63,833 nucleotides of DNA, filler included, from Octopus bimaculoides (GCF_001194135.2; 7 parts of 6 records of this genome joined end to end with filler, not necessarily neighbours in it), one strand, 5' to 3'; numbered from the whole stretch's first letter, positions 52,030 to 63,833 are shown. Made by a program: numbers and translations. The notes: generated by a model not told the origin, from the letters alone.

Positions 52030-52757
52030 TAAATTAGATATGTTTAGACCAAAGATTGGCCCATGCCATGTCTAACTTAATAGCAACACCTGAAAGGATT
52101 TGCTTAAATCCTTTACAAGTCACGTTTTGTGGTATCATGGCCCATTCATGTAGGGAGTTCATGTTGAGTGAGTTGTATCCAGGTATAGGTGGTTTATCTG
52201 AAGAAATTTGCCTAGATTTAGTTTAAATGTAACGTGATTTTTTTCTTCTTTGATTTGTTTTGTGTCAATGTTAAAAAATGCAGGGCCTGTTAAGGAAAAT
52301 AAATTGTGTTGCAGTGTATCTAAATGTTGTGGTCCTGAATTGTGTAGGCTCATGATCCTAGCCATCGATTAATTCTGAAACTAATGGTAAAGTCGTTTGG
52401 GCAGTGCTGGTGATATATTCTCCACATTGTGCAAATGATGTGTTACTACGGCGCTGGAAAGAATATTGTTTCAATGCTTTAAACTATTCCCAATAATAAA
52501 GATCAGTCATGCCCTTAATTTTTTTAGTGAATTCCCCCTGGGATGATACGATTCTCGAAATGTTTTGTTTTGTGTGGGAAACTACAGCGCGTAGAAGTAT
52601 TCTAGATGTGACCGTACAAAGTAGGGGAAAATAGGAATGGTGATACCTTGTCTCCGGACCGGAAGATCCTTAGGAGCAAGGAGCTTATTTGACGAACTAT
52701 ATCGACTCTATTGTTGATGTGGGCACTCAAGCTGAGATTGTTGTCAACAATTACTCC
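52030..52757 (-). mobile_element. CR1-group LINE 3' fragment
   Basis: GVIVDNNLSLSAHIN..LLRIFRS..FVRSHLEY..YWE*FKALKQYSFQRR..LQHNLFSLTGPAFFNI..KQIKEEK, followed by the tail. Confidence 0.8.
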
Positions 52758-52862
52758 TATATATATATATAAAATTTATTAATAAGGGTAGAAATTGATA
52801 TTAATCAATTAAAACCAGTGGTCTAGCATATTAAAAAAATCCGAAGATTAAAATTATATTAC

Positions 52863-53031
52863 ATAAGAGGAATGACCAGCAAAAGTGGACTCTTATATGC
52901 TAGAAATAGATGCCGAATCATCTAACCACGAAGAAATATGTTCTCAGTAAAAAATTAGCGACACGTGGTTAGATGATTCGGCATCTATCTCTAGCATATA
53001 GGAGTCCACTTTTGCTGGTCATTCCTCTTAT
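52863..53031. repeat. near-perfect hairpin: 68-bp arms, 33-nt loop, 2 mismatches
   Basis: 52863-52930 pairs with 52964-53031. Confidence 0.95.
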
Positions 53032-53881
53032 TTTTGTGTGTTATATATATATAAGGGCATTACTATACAATAATGCCTCACGCTATGAGGGACTCTGAGG
53101 TCAGACTACCATAAAAAGCACATTGTTACCGAACGCGGGAATAAATGATGAATTTTTTCCCTTGTGAGGTNNNNNNNNNNNNNNNNNNNNNNNNNNNNNN
53201 NNNNNNNNNNNNNNNNNNNNNNNNNNNNNNNNNNNNNNNNNNNNNNNNNNNNNNNNNNNNNNNNNNNNNNNNNNNNNNNNNNNNNNNNNNNNNNNNNNNN
53301 NNNNNNNNNNNNNNNNNNNNNNNNNNNNNNNNNNNNNNNNNNNNNNNNNNNNNNNNNNNNNNNNNNNNNNNNNNNNNNNNNNNNNNNNNNNNNNNNNNNN
53401 NNNNNNNNNNNNNNNNNNNNNNNNNNNNNNNNNNNNNNNNNNNNNNNNNNNNNNNNNNNNNNNNNNNNNNNNNNNNNNNNNNNNNNNNNNNNNNNNNNNN
53501 NNNNNNNNNNNNNNNNNNNNNNNNNNNNNNNNNNNNNNNNNNNNNNNNNNNNNNNNNNNNNNNNNNNNNNNNNNNNNNNNNNNNNNNNNNNNNNNNNNNN
53601 NNNNNNNNNNNNNNNNNNNNNNNNNNNNNNNNNNNNNNNNNNNNNNNNNNNNNNNNNNNNNNNNNNNNNNNNNNNNNNNNNNNNNNNNNNNNNNNNNNNN
53701 NNNNNNNNNNNNNNNNNNNNNNNNNNNNNNNNNNNNNNNNNNNNNNNNNNNNNNNNNNNNNNNNNNNNNNNNNNNNNNNNNNNNNNNNNNNNNNNNNNNN
53801 NNNNNNNNNNNNNNNNNNNNNNNNNNNNNNNNNNNNNNNNNNNNNNNNNNNNNNNNNNNNNNNNNNNNNNNNNNNNNNNNN

Positions 53882-53914
<33 letters not shown>

Positions 53915-55406
53915 AAATGTGGGGTGTGTATGTGTGTGTGCAAGATTATTGTGTGTGTGTGTGTAAGATTGTTAATCTTAATGTTCAGCTTACCGTAAAA
54001 ACTAAAAATATACGGAAGTCAAAACAAATAGGCTCATTTTATTTGTAATATAATTTGTAATATTGCTCAAAAATCGCCGGAATTTATATTAAAAGGGAAT
54101 TTGAAACTAATATTCAGAAAACTAATTTACAGAAATAATGTAATGATATATAATGATATCTAAATAGAACTAAGTCGAAGCACTCATTGCAATGAATGCA
54201 ATTATCTATCATTCATGAATGTATTTTTACGACCGCTTTAATGAGCGTATTTGTGTTCTTTATGATTCGCTTGTTTTTTCATATTTTTGTATGAAATGTC
54301 AGTAAAACTCCATAGCATACAGTATAATTTACGCACGCATATATTTTTATTAACGCCTGACTACATAAACATGTAAGTGTCTGTAGAAGACACATAATAT
54401 ATTTGTATTATACCATTTGAAGCATCTACTGGTTTTCCCTTTAAATTGTAATATGATTGCTCTGAACCTTTTTCGCTCTTCATTTTTATTGAATTGTCAG
54501 CTAAACCTTGTGCGCAAATGTAATATATTTGTTATAAATGTAAACAACTTCAGTGCTTTACCACCACCACCACCACCAAACACATTTGCACATGCACAAA
54601 TATATCCATGTATATATATATATGTGGATGCATGCATATATATACATATGTATATATATATATATATATNNNNNNNNNNNNNNNNNNNNNNNNNNNNNNN
54701 NNNNNNNNNNNNNNNNNNNNNNNNNNNNNNNNNNNNNNNNNNNNNNNNNNNNNNNNNNNNNNNNNNNNNNNNNNNNNNNNNNNNNNNNNNNNNNNNNNNN
54801 NNNNNNNNNNNNNNNNNNNNNNNNNNNNNNNNNNNNNNNNNNNNNNNNNNNNNNNNNNNNNNNNNNNNNNNNNNNNNNNNNNNNNNNNNNNNNNNNNNNN
54901 NNNNNNNNNNNNNNNNNNNNNNNNNNNNNNNNNNNNNNNNNNNNNNNNNNNNNNNNNNNNNNNNNNNNNNNNNNNNNNNNNNNNNNNNNNNNNNNNNNNN
55001 NNNNNNNNNNNNNNNNNNNNNNNNNNNNNNNNNNNNNNNNNNNNNNNNNNNNNNNNNNNNNNNNNNNNNNNNNNNNNNNNNNNNNNNNNNNNNNNNNNNN
55101 NNNNNNNNNNNNNNNNNNNNNNNNNNNNNNNNNNNNNNNNNNNNNNNNNNNNNNNNNNNNNNNNNNNNNNNNNNNNNNNNNNNNNNNNNNNNNNNNNNNN
55201 NNNNNNNNNNNNNNNNNNNNNNNNNNNNNNNNNNNNNNNNNNNNNNNNNNNNNNNNNNNNNNNNNNNNNNNNNNNNNNNNNNNNNNNNNNNNNNNNNNNN
55301 NNNNNNNNNNNNNNNNNNNNNNNNNNNNNNNNNNNNNNNNNNNNNNNNNNNNNNNNNNNNNNNNNNNNNNNNNNNNNNNNNNNNNNNNNNNNNNNNNNNN
55401 NNNNNN

Positions 55407-55461
<55 letters not shown>

Positions 55462-55544
55462 GTATATATACATGTATGTATGTATGTATAAATGAATATA
55501 TACGTACTCATGAATATATACATATATGATCATAATTCATCCAA

Positions 55545-55880
55545 GGCTGGGGTTACATGTCGTACGCCTCTCAAACACAATTGAGGCTCACAATTCAGAC
55601 ACATGACTTCACTGCAATATAATTTCCGTCTCTATTTAATATTATCCCAAAACAAATCAAAGAAGAAAAACATCCCGTTACCTTGAAACGAAACCTGAAC
55701 AAATTTCTTCAAGGGATACCAGATAAGCCACCTAAATCTAGATACATGTTAGTCAACAACTCCCTACTTGAGTGGGCCATGATACCACAAAATTCTATGG
55801 CAAAAGATGACTTAACAGATCATACCATGTGGTGCTATTAAGTTAGACATGGCCAGGGGCTGGCCGAAACATATCTAAGT
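55545..55880 (+). mobile_element. CR1-group LINE 3' fragment
   Basis: LFNIIPKQIKEEKHPVTLKRNLNKFLQGIPDKPP..NNSLLEWA; tail homologous to 52030 and 5631. Confidence 0.78.
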
Positions 55881-57509
55881 TATGTAAATATATGTGTGTG
55901 TGCGTCTATGTGTCTGTGCGTGTGTATGTGTTATTGTTAATGTTTGTGTTTATGTTTAGTTGTAATAAAAGCAATTTTACATTAATCTGAGGGCTTACCC
56001 TATACTTTTGTATAGCACGAATTTATTCTTAAACATGAACATTGACGATGAATTTGAAGTTTCGGCCAGGTCATATGCATGTATGTATGTATGTATGTAT
56101 GTATGTATGTATGTATGTATGTATAGGTCATAGTATATCATTCAACTACGGTAGTAGTAGAATAATATTCGTAAGGCCGCAATTTACTTACACGCAGCAT
56201 CTTCAGAACTTTGTCGCTAATTCAGTTCTTAACCATACTAAGAACTGTTAACATTTTTGAAGGTGAATGGTCCCTAGTTACATTTTGGAGTAACAAAATT
56301 TGAGATTTGGTCCAGTAGAAAAATGTTTACATGAAAGTTTGTAGCAACGTTATAGGAGTGTAAGTAACGCCTCCAATCACGTTTAGATCTGAATAATTTT
56401 TTTGTTATTTTTAAAGCAAAATATATTTGTCTTAGCTTCAATGGTAGAAGAAAGCATGAGGAATTTCATAGTTTTGCTCCCATGCAACTAAATTTGTATC
56501 AAAAAGTTGTAAGGTAAAATATCATGACAAAATATAAGTAAGGCAAAAAAATGGATTTAACTATAATTAACTTTTCTATTTTAAAAACAAGCTATATTTT
56601 AATTAAGCTTAAATGATAGAGCTCAATTAGAGGAATTTCATGGTAGCAATCTCATGCAATGAAGTTTTAAAAGAAAAAAGTTATGATTGTTTGTTTCTTA
56701 AATTTGAGGGGTATAATATATTTCTATACATTTTTATGAACATAGTTCTATAAGGGGATTTTCAATATATGTCACCAGCATCATTAAACGTTATAAACAT
56801 AATAGCATACCCTGGAGAAAAACATGGATTACATGGGAAAATGCGAGCAAGAAAAATAATATTCTTAAGATTATAAACCTGGAAAAGTACAGGACAATTT
56901 TTACACTTAGAAAGGTTCAGGACAAATTATTACATCTGGTAAAGTAAAGAACAAGAAAATTATTACTTTTCCAGCTGGCTTCCGACACATGGTCTGTCTC
57001 CGTGTACTGTGAGCAAAGGAGTCTACTGCTCCCTTTCTAGCCGTAGCGATACCTGTAAACCAATTGTTTCTGGATAATTTCCCTTCGTCAGTACAGGACA
57101 ACTGCTGGCTAGAGATAGCAGCCACTCGCTCTTGCTCACAGTATATAATTTTAAAGCAACACACAGCCGCTGATCTCGAAAAAAAGAGAAATTATATATA
57201 TATATATATNNNNNNNNNNNNNNNNNNNNNNNNNNNNNNNNNNNNNNNNNNNNTTAATTAATTAANNNNNNNNNNNNNNNNNNNNNNNNNNNNNNNNNNN
57301 NNNNNNNNNAAACCTACCCCAGTAAGTGGAAACATTATAATATTTTCTCTCTCTTCACTGTATATGTAAAAAAGGAACAATGAAATCTCTTTGAATATGT
57401 TTTAACTTCAATGATACATTCCAATATTAAATTGTTCTCTATCCATGTTGATTGTAACTTCCATTGTTTGGTGTCTCCTCACATTTCTTTATCATTGGTT
57501 TGTCAACAG

Positions 57510-57668
57510 AAATACTGTCAACCTGTTGTGGTGACATCAAGTGATGATGCTGTGGAAGATAATGCTGCTATGGTTTGTAACTATACATCAGATACAATGT
57601 CATCCAAGAGAAGTGGTAGACAAGGAGACCTGAAACATTATGAAGAAATACCAGGAGTATCAGGTTAA
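57510..57668 (+). other. candidate terminal coding exon, possibly the cytoplasmic tail of an upstream protocadherin paralogue
   Basis: Acceptor TTTCTTTATCATTGGTTTGTCAACAG| at 57509; phase-0 frame KYCQPVVVTSSDDAVEDNAAMVCNYTSDTMSSKRSGRQGDLKHYEEIPGVSG*; AATAAA at about 57741. The family link rests on recollection only. Confidence 0.3.
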
Positions 57669-58599
57669 TAAGTACATCAGCAATATGTCTGATATCATTT
57701 TATGTTAACCATTTAGTAACAACCAATTTCTATTAAGTATAATAAAAAAAAAAGAAGTGCATCCCTTTGCCAAGCTGTATCATGCTGTTGTGGCTGTGCT
57801 GGCTCGTCACACCAGTATGATCTCCAGCTCAGTCACAGCCACATCCTGCATACCAGACTGTGGTTGGTGGAGTGAACATGCTGACATCCTTGTCCTGCAG
57901 TGGACCGAACATGGGAAATCCAGTCCAATATAATATTGTCAGTGAATCAGAATGAACTTCTTCATTTATCAATCAAAGTCTTAGTGAATATTTTCTGATA
58001 ATGCACTCCAGAATATAGTTATCTTAATAGTTTTCCTTTTCATCTTTCCACATTTTTGAATTATTAAATATGAAATTGATCAAAGTCATAATTTTGTAAA
58101 ATGTGTTTCGTATTTAAATTCCAGATCAAAATATATATAAAAACAATGATGCATCTACATCAAAAGATTCCAGTGAAGAAACTCCAGTGAAACATGTCTA
58201 ATTATGAATTATCCCCATTGTAAATATAAGATATAGAGTGTTCAGTACACACATAAGCATAAACATAAGGGCATGCACATTGTTCAATTAATATAGTGTT
58301 TAGCAATATACATTATCAGAGCTAAGATAGTCTTATACACAGCAGTCATTTCACACTTTCCCTTTCCTTTTTTCTACATGAATATGTGACATGTGCATCA
58401 CCAGTCAATATTGAAGTTAACATCTTAACATGGTCTTTTGTTTCGGTTCTTCAACCAATCAGATTCTCACTTACAGGCAGCAAGAAATTGCTGACAAAGA
58501 TAAGGATTTGCATTATTGATGTTATTAAATGAAACGATTTTGTTACGTTAAACTAAAGACTATTTAAATATATATTTATAAATATGTAAATAATGAACA

Positions 58600-58836
58600 A
58601 ACATCTTAGAGGATAAATACACGCCGAATATTATTTGATGGATATATTTCCTCAAGCATACAACTTCCATAACACACACGAACCTTATCCTAGCAGCAGA
58701 CTATCTGCCTGACGTGCTACACTACTCCATCAACATACAGCCATTGTCACACCATTACAGCAGCACGTACAATGGATCTTTCTACAATAAATCTTTCTAT
58801 TCTCACTGAATAACCAATGATATAATTATTGAAGAG
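58600..58836 (+). promoter_or_regulatory. candidate promoter / first non-coding exon of the protocadherin
   Basis: Consensus donor GAG|GTAAGT at 58836/58837, local CpG retention and TGACGTG (CRE/ATF half-site) at 58710-16. The start is undefined. Confidence 0.4.
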
Positions 58837-61254
58837 GTAAGTTTCTATTTAATCTTTTATAATCTTATTTGATGTAATAAGTGTTGCTGAGTGTTTTAGA
58901 TATTGTTCTAACATATCTGATATGAACAAAAGAACAAAGGGCCTGATCACACATTTTACCTTACCTTGTCCATATTGTTCTATGTCACTAATATTTGGAA
59001 GTTGTTTATTGGAATGCTTAATATTAAAATTTTTTTTTAATTAAAACAATATTTTATGTCTATTTAGTATTTGTAGTAATTGTATTGATTAGTAACATTC
59101 AACAACAATTTATATGATATGATGTAGCAGTGTATGTTTGTTTTTGTTTTTTGGAAGATATAATGAGCTTATTTTGTAGATGGTGATATAATGGTTATTT
59201 TAAGTTGTTGTTTTTTGAATAAAATATGAAGAATTATAGTAGTGTGTTTAAATCTGGTCATAGTGTATTGATTATCATCATTTATGATGTAATGATAAAT
59301 TTGAGTTTTTTGGTTAACAATAATGGCAGACATATTAGAACTCACCTCTATCGGGAAGTGAACGGTAATGGTAGCATGTTGAAGATAACAATACTGTGAA
59401 AAAGCTCCACCTAGAAATAATGGACTATAGATAATACCATTTATATTGTGTATATATTTATATGGCAGCCATTGTAAATATAATTCAACATGACTTCTTA
59501 TTTTAGTTCCTTCTAAAATTTTTGGCATAATCTGTTTATTTTTCCACCATGTTTTACACTAATGTTTGCTAGTTGTTAGCTGTGAATTTTTCTTTGAATT
59601 TCACAGTTTATAAACTTCTGTTATTTTTTGACTGAATTTTTAAATTAGTTTTTAACATATATAATGTATAAAAGCTACAGTGAAAACCATAAATCTATGT
59701 CTTTAACTTTGTATATTTATATTTTTTGTAATGTCTTATGTCTATATGTTATTGCTTGATTTCTTTTTAACTGTTATTGATCCTTGGGCTTCAGAGTCTG
59801 CCAGCTGTTCTTCACCACCACTTGAACCCAAATGTTACACTTGCTTTTGTTTCTTACCAACATTTTGTAACTCCCCCTTTTCCCTTATTCCTTCTCTCCT
59901 TCTAATTTGAGACGCTGCTATATCAAATATACTATGTACCCCTGCCAAGTCACAGTGCTATTGCTAAGCTATATATAACATTTGCTCATATTCTGTAACT
60001 TTCTCTTTGAAGTGTTTCTAGAACTGTTTTTGAATGAAAGCTTATCATTTGTATATATGTGACTAATTAGTCACATATATTTTATCTCTTATGCCAGCCA
60101 TGTACTGGATAAATTTGATTAGATTGATATTGTTTCTGAAGAATTAGAACTTTGCAAAGACCAGAAGGCTTCAGTTAGGAGTAATTTCTAGAGCATTGTT
60201 ATTCTTGGGAAAGAAAGATTCTGCAAATTGTCAATGACTCTGACAAGTTGACCCTACCAAAATTACCTTCAAATTATCTGGCAAAATTACGTTCCAAAGA
60301 TACAATAACGTGTTTCAGCACATGATTTTTGTATCAAGAATGTTGCAAAGCAAAGACAGAAACGAGATTGTACATAGTTTTGCTGAATATTTTGTTTGCA
60401 GTGTTGAGGTGAAATCTTCAAATATTATCAATCGGTGTAGAGTCGAAGGGAAGGCGGTTTCTCTCATTTTTTAATGTCATGTAAACTAGGATAATTCTGT
60501 GGACAGTTACATTTCCCAACAATAGAAATGGATTAAGTGATTAAAGATGGTATTATCTCACTGTCACTATAAACCAGTTATTCTACCAAGTGCAGTATAT
60601 TTCCCATGTTATAGGTAAGAGTGTAAAACTATAGTCACTGTTTCTTCAAATTTCAAGCAAAAAAAGATGTTAACAATTATAAAAGACATGCAGGAATATA
60701 ATTTAATATGGCCTGAGAATTATTCACAGTAATGAACTATTTGAAAATTACGCCAACATAAATTTGTAAAACTTTGTGCGAGAGTCAATAAGGCATCATT
60801 TAATCAACTGAAAGATAAATATTTTGTATGATTTTGCAACAGAATTAGCCTTCCGTTTTAACTCGTAAACTATGCTTTATTATTTTCAAATATCTCTTAT
60901 TTAGTTTTTACAAGGGACGTAACTCAAGTAATACTTAAAGATGGAACTCAGTTTGTACATCAGGCTCGATGTAAAAAATTTATGGTGCACTCAAAGACGT
61001 TTTTTTTCATTATTTTTTTTTTAGTATGTGTAGAAATATAATATTTGGTTTAGAGCTAAACTTAACATACACTTTGCTTGAATTTGAAAGATGAATGAAA
61101 TGTTAGAAACAAGCAATATTATATTTAGATAAAATAAATATAGGTGCAGATATGGCCCTGTGGGCTAGAGACTTGCTTTGCAATCGTATGGTTTGAGGTT
61201 CAAATAGATAAGCAGATAGTTTGAAATTAATTGTTATTTTTCTTTCCTTCTTAG

Positions 61255-61277
61255 AAACTATTATGAAAGAGGAAACA
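61255..61277 (+). other. candidate 23-nt 5'UTR cassette microexon
   Basis: TTATTTTTCTTTCCTTCTTAG| acceptor and |GTAAGA donor; contains an ATG at 61263. Confidence 0.3.
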
Positions 61278-61373
61278 GTAAGATCTTCAGATATTGTAAA
61301 TTTTATTGTAAAATCAATATGGGAGACTTTTGCAAGGAAGATTCAATGGAACTGAATATAAATATAACTAGGC

Positions 61374-61536
61374 TTAGCCCTTTAACATTCAAACTGGCCA
61401 GATCTGGCCTCTCACACCTACCCTACAATGTCATTCTAACGTTAAATAGACACAAATCTTGAAGCTACTAAGTGATGCAAGATTAATTCAAAACATGTAT
61501 TTCATTGACAGAGTAATCTGAATACTACATGGTTAA
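61374..61536. mobile_element. piggyBac-like MITE, decayed
   Basis: TTAGCCCTTTAACATTCA / TCTGAATACTACATGGTTAA; internal CTGGCCAGATCTGGC shared with the 13397 copy. Confidence 0.55.
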
Positions 61537-61641
61537 TATATTGAATATTCATAGGAAACCTTAGAATACAGTGTCCCTTCCATTGCCCTCAATGCTCTAC
61601 TGAGCTAGACCCTACGTTCACTAAACTCAAATCTCTTTCTC

Positions 61642-61674
<33 letters not shown>

Positions 61675-61744
61675 TGCAATCTTGCAATCTTTGGAAGCCT
61701 GCTATAGTATGTCCTATTTCTTAAAAAGGTCCGTCCTGGCTCTT

Positions 61745-62085
61745 GTCCTTAATGCCCTCACTTCCAGTATTCCAAATGTGATGGAGACAATTCTTCACAG
61801 CTACCTTTTCTTTGAACACCTTGAATTCTCCTCTCCCTTTCCTTTTTAATAACCACAAGAACAGCTTTCATAAAACCAAATCTGCTAGTGACCTACTCTT
61901 TTATTTTGCTCACCCTTGAGAAACTTGGTGAAAATTGTATTGTTGCACCTGACATTCAGCTGTGTCTCAGGAACACAAAACCTCAACCAAAACAGTTGGC
62001 CGACTGGTTCCAGTCATCTGTTTCTCTCATAGACTTCCTTTTGGATTTCACCATTACAGTGTGTACTAATGGAACTCTCTCTCTC
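61745..62085 (+). mobile_element. old CR1-group LINE RT remnant
   Basis: ALTSSIPNVMETILHS..NHKNSFHKTKSASDLL..LEKLGENCIVAPDI..DFLLDFTITVCTNG, resembling IALTS..KVME / QYGFR..RST.DLL / VALDI / FL..R...V.V.G. Confidence 0.6.
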
Positions 62086-62159
62086 TGACCAACTCTCTAT
62101 CTACACTGGTGTGCTTCAAGGTTTGGTCTAGTAGCCACCTACACAACACTTCCTCAGTG

Positions 62160-62322
62160 ACCCGTTTAACTATGCGGGTGACTAACCCGTACACTACCAT
62201 ACCACATATTTTGAGCGTCTCAATTGTGATTCTGGATGGACCAAGGGCTTTCTCAGTTTTTATGGTTTTAATTGCCTTATCTACCATACTGCTGTCCACT
62301 AGGATGGCTGGTCCCTTTGTTG

Positions 62323-62324
<2 letters not shown>
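62160..62324 (-). mobile_element. RTE-clade LINE fragment
   Basis: DSSMVDKAIKTIKTEKALGPSRITIETLKICGMVVYGLVTRIVKRV, homologous to the RT fragment at 21441. Confidence 0.85.
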
Positions 62325-62377
<53 letters not shown>

Positions 62378-62500
62378 GTGCATGTTTTAATTGTATGTTA
62401 AAATCAAACAGTATTGTAACTAATGAAATGTATTTATATTTTAGGTTCAGTCTCTGACACCCCTTGACATATTTAAACAATACCAACATACAACAGCAAT

Positions 62501-63833
62501 ATGTTATTGTTGTTGTCTATTGTATTATCAATGGTCCACTGTGTCCTGACCATAGACCTTACCTACCATGTGGAAGAAGAGAGAAGTCCAGGAACATATG
62601 TAGCAGATATTGCTGCTGATTCTAAACTTTTAGACAATGTTAAACCATCTGACCAACATTTGATAACATTCAGTCAATTCAAACGAAAGGTGGCACAGTT
62701 ATTTAATATCACCAAAACAGGTAAACTGTACACTGCTCAGACACTGGATGCAGAAGATCTCTGTACATTCAACAAAGAATGTTCTAGAACTGTGAAGGTT
62801 GTTGTCAATAAAGGAACAAGTGTTTCGAAAATATTAAAAATCAAAATAGTAATAGAAGACATCAATGACCATGAACCTAAGTTTCCAAAAAATACAGTGT
62901 ATATAGAATTTGGTGAAGATGATCGTAAAGGATCAAAAAGATCGTTACCAAATGCCATAGACAAAGATGTAGGATTTCAAAATTCCTTAATACAATATAA
63001 ATTAAAATCAAAGAATGGAGAACCATTCTCTCTATCGGTGTCTAAAAGAGCTGATGGTATTTCTTCTCTTAAAATAGTTTTAAAAGAATCATTAGACAGA
63101 GAAATCAAAGACACATATTTATTACAAGTCATAGCTAAGGATGGAGGTTCACCAGCAAAACAAGGTGTTTTAAATATAAATATTTCTATAACAGATTTAA
63201 ACGACAACCCACCAGAGTTTTCTAAACCTCTTTATAATGTATCCATACAAAGTACACATCACAAATCTAAACCCATCATTGTTTTGTCTGTGACTGATGC
63301 TGATTCTGGTGAAAATGGTAAAATTACTTTCCATTTCAGTCCAAAGACATCAGGTCTAGCCAAAAGCTATTTTCAATTAAATGAAACAAGTGGGGAAATT
63401 TTATTAAGTAAATATACAAGTTTAGGAAAAAAGAAAGCATATGAACTCTTTGTTGAGGCTAGAGATGGAGGCAGCCCTCCTCTCATTTCTATAGCAACTG
63501 TTTTGGTAAATGTTATCAACCAACACAATAATCCTCCATCTATTGATATTGATTATGTTTCTGCAATCAATGACAACACAGCTACCATTTCTGAAGACAT
63601 CAAAGTCGGTAGTTTCATTGCTTATGTGATGGTCACCGACAACGATGTGGGACAAAATGGAGAGGTTAGCTGTGATATCAAACATGATACATTCAAACTA
63701 CAGTCAATGGGATCTAAAGAATATAAAATCATTCTAAACAAACCAGTGGACAGAGAAACACAAGGACACTATAACATTCCTGTCTCGTGTCAAGATAAAG
63801 GATTACCTCCTCTGAAAAGTGTTAAAACCCTCT
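62501..63833 (+). CDS. Pcdh: protocadherin, 5' partial CDS (444 codons, open at the window end): signal peptide, EC1-EC3, most of EC4
   Basis: MLLLLSIVLSMVHCVLT signal; EC1 VEEE/LDAEDLCTFNKEC/EDINDHEPKF; EC2 AIDKD/LDRE/AKDGGSP/DLNDNPPEF; EC3 VTDAD/ARDGGSPP; EC4 SED/TDND/VDRE/CQDKG. No Trp2, and the EC1 C-X5-C motif is typical of protocadherins. An in-frame TGA at 62465 fixes the ATG. Acceptor TTTTAG| at 62444 with a CTAAT branch site. The symbol is family-level only. Confidence 0.96.
   Translation, partial: MLLLLSIVLSMVHCVLTIDLTYHVEEERSPGTYVADIAADSKLLDNVKPSDQHLITFSQFKRKVAQLFNITKTGKLYTAQTLDAEDLCTFNKECSRTVKVVVNKGTSVSKILKIKIVIEDINDHEPKFPKNTVYIEFGEDDRKGSKRSLPNAIDKDVGFQNSLIQYKLKSKNGEPFSLSVSKRADGISSLKIVLKESLDREIKDTYLLQVIAKDGGSPAKQGVLNINISITDLNDNPPEFSKPLYNVSIQSTHHKSKPIIVLSVTDADSGENGKITFHFSPKTSGLAKSYFQLNETSGEILLSKYTSLGKKKAYELFVEARDGGSPPLISIATVLVNVINQHNNPPSIDIDYVSAINDNTATISEDIKVGSFIAYVMVTDNDVGQNGEVSCDIKHDTFKLQSMGSKEYKIILNKPVDRETQGHYNIPVSCQDKGLPPLKSVKTL

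Overview
Eukaryotic, AT-rich, gap-ridden animal genomic DNA. It is most likely a coleoid cephalopod (Octopus-like), inferred from the protocadherin type, the tRNA-derived SINE families and the very high microsatellite load. About 62 kb is non-coding. It contains tRNA-SINEs of several families (CORE-like family A, multimer-forming family B, family C/C2), LINE remnants (RTE, CR1, L1/Tx1, R4/Dong), DNA-transposon remnants (Tc1/mariner, maT, hAT, piggyBac-like MITEs), microsatellites and assembly gaps. Six gaps are artificial 100-bp N44-TTAATTAATTAA-N44 spacers. The only well-supported gene is a protocadherin whose large coding exon starts at 62501 (+) and runs off the window end; the ORF track misses it because it has no stop. 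It encodes a signal peptide, EC1-EC3 and most of EC4. Candidate upstream 5'UTR exons (donor at 58836/7, 23-nt microexon 61255-61277) and a possible terminal exon of a preceding paralogue (57510-57668) are weaker calls. The most notable observations are three: all three EC3-derived Ca2+-binding motifs of the EC3-EC4 linker are degenerate; three unrelated Tc1/mariner families each occur as a one-ended fold-back element, alongside two other long hairpins; and a CpG-rich middle block is flanked by CpG-eroded blocks. No CRISPR, rRNA, true tRNA gene or prokaryote-type system is supported. Repeat family names rest on motif recognition by eye, not on database searches.
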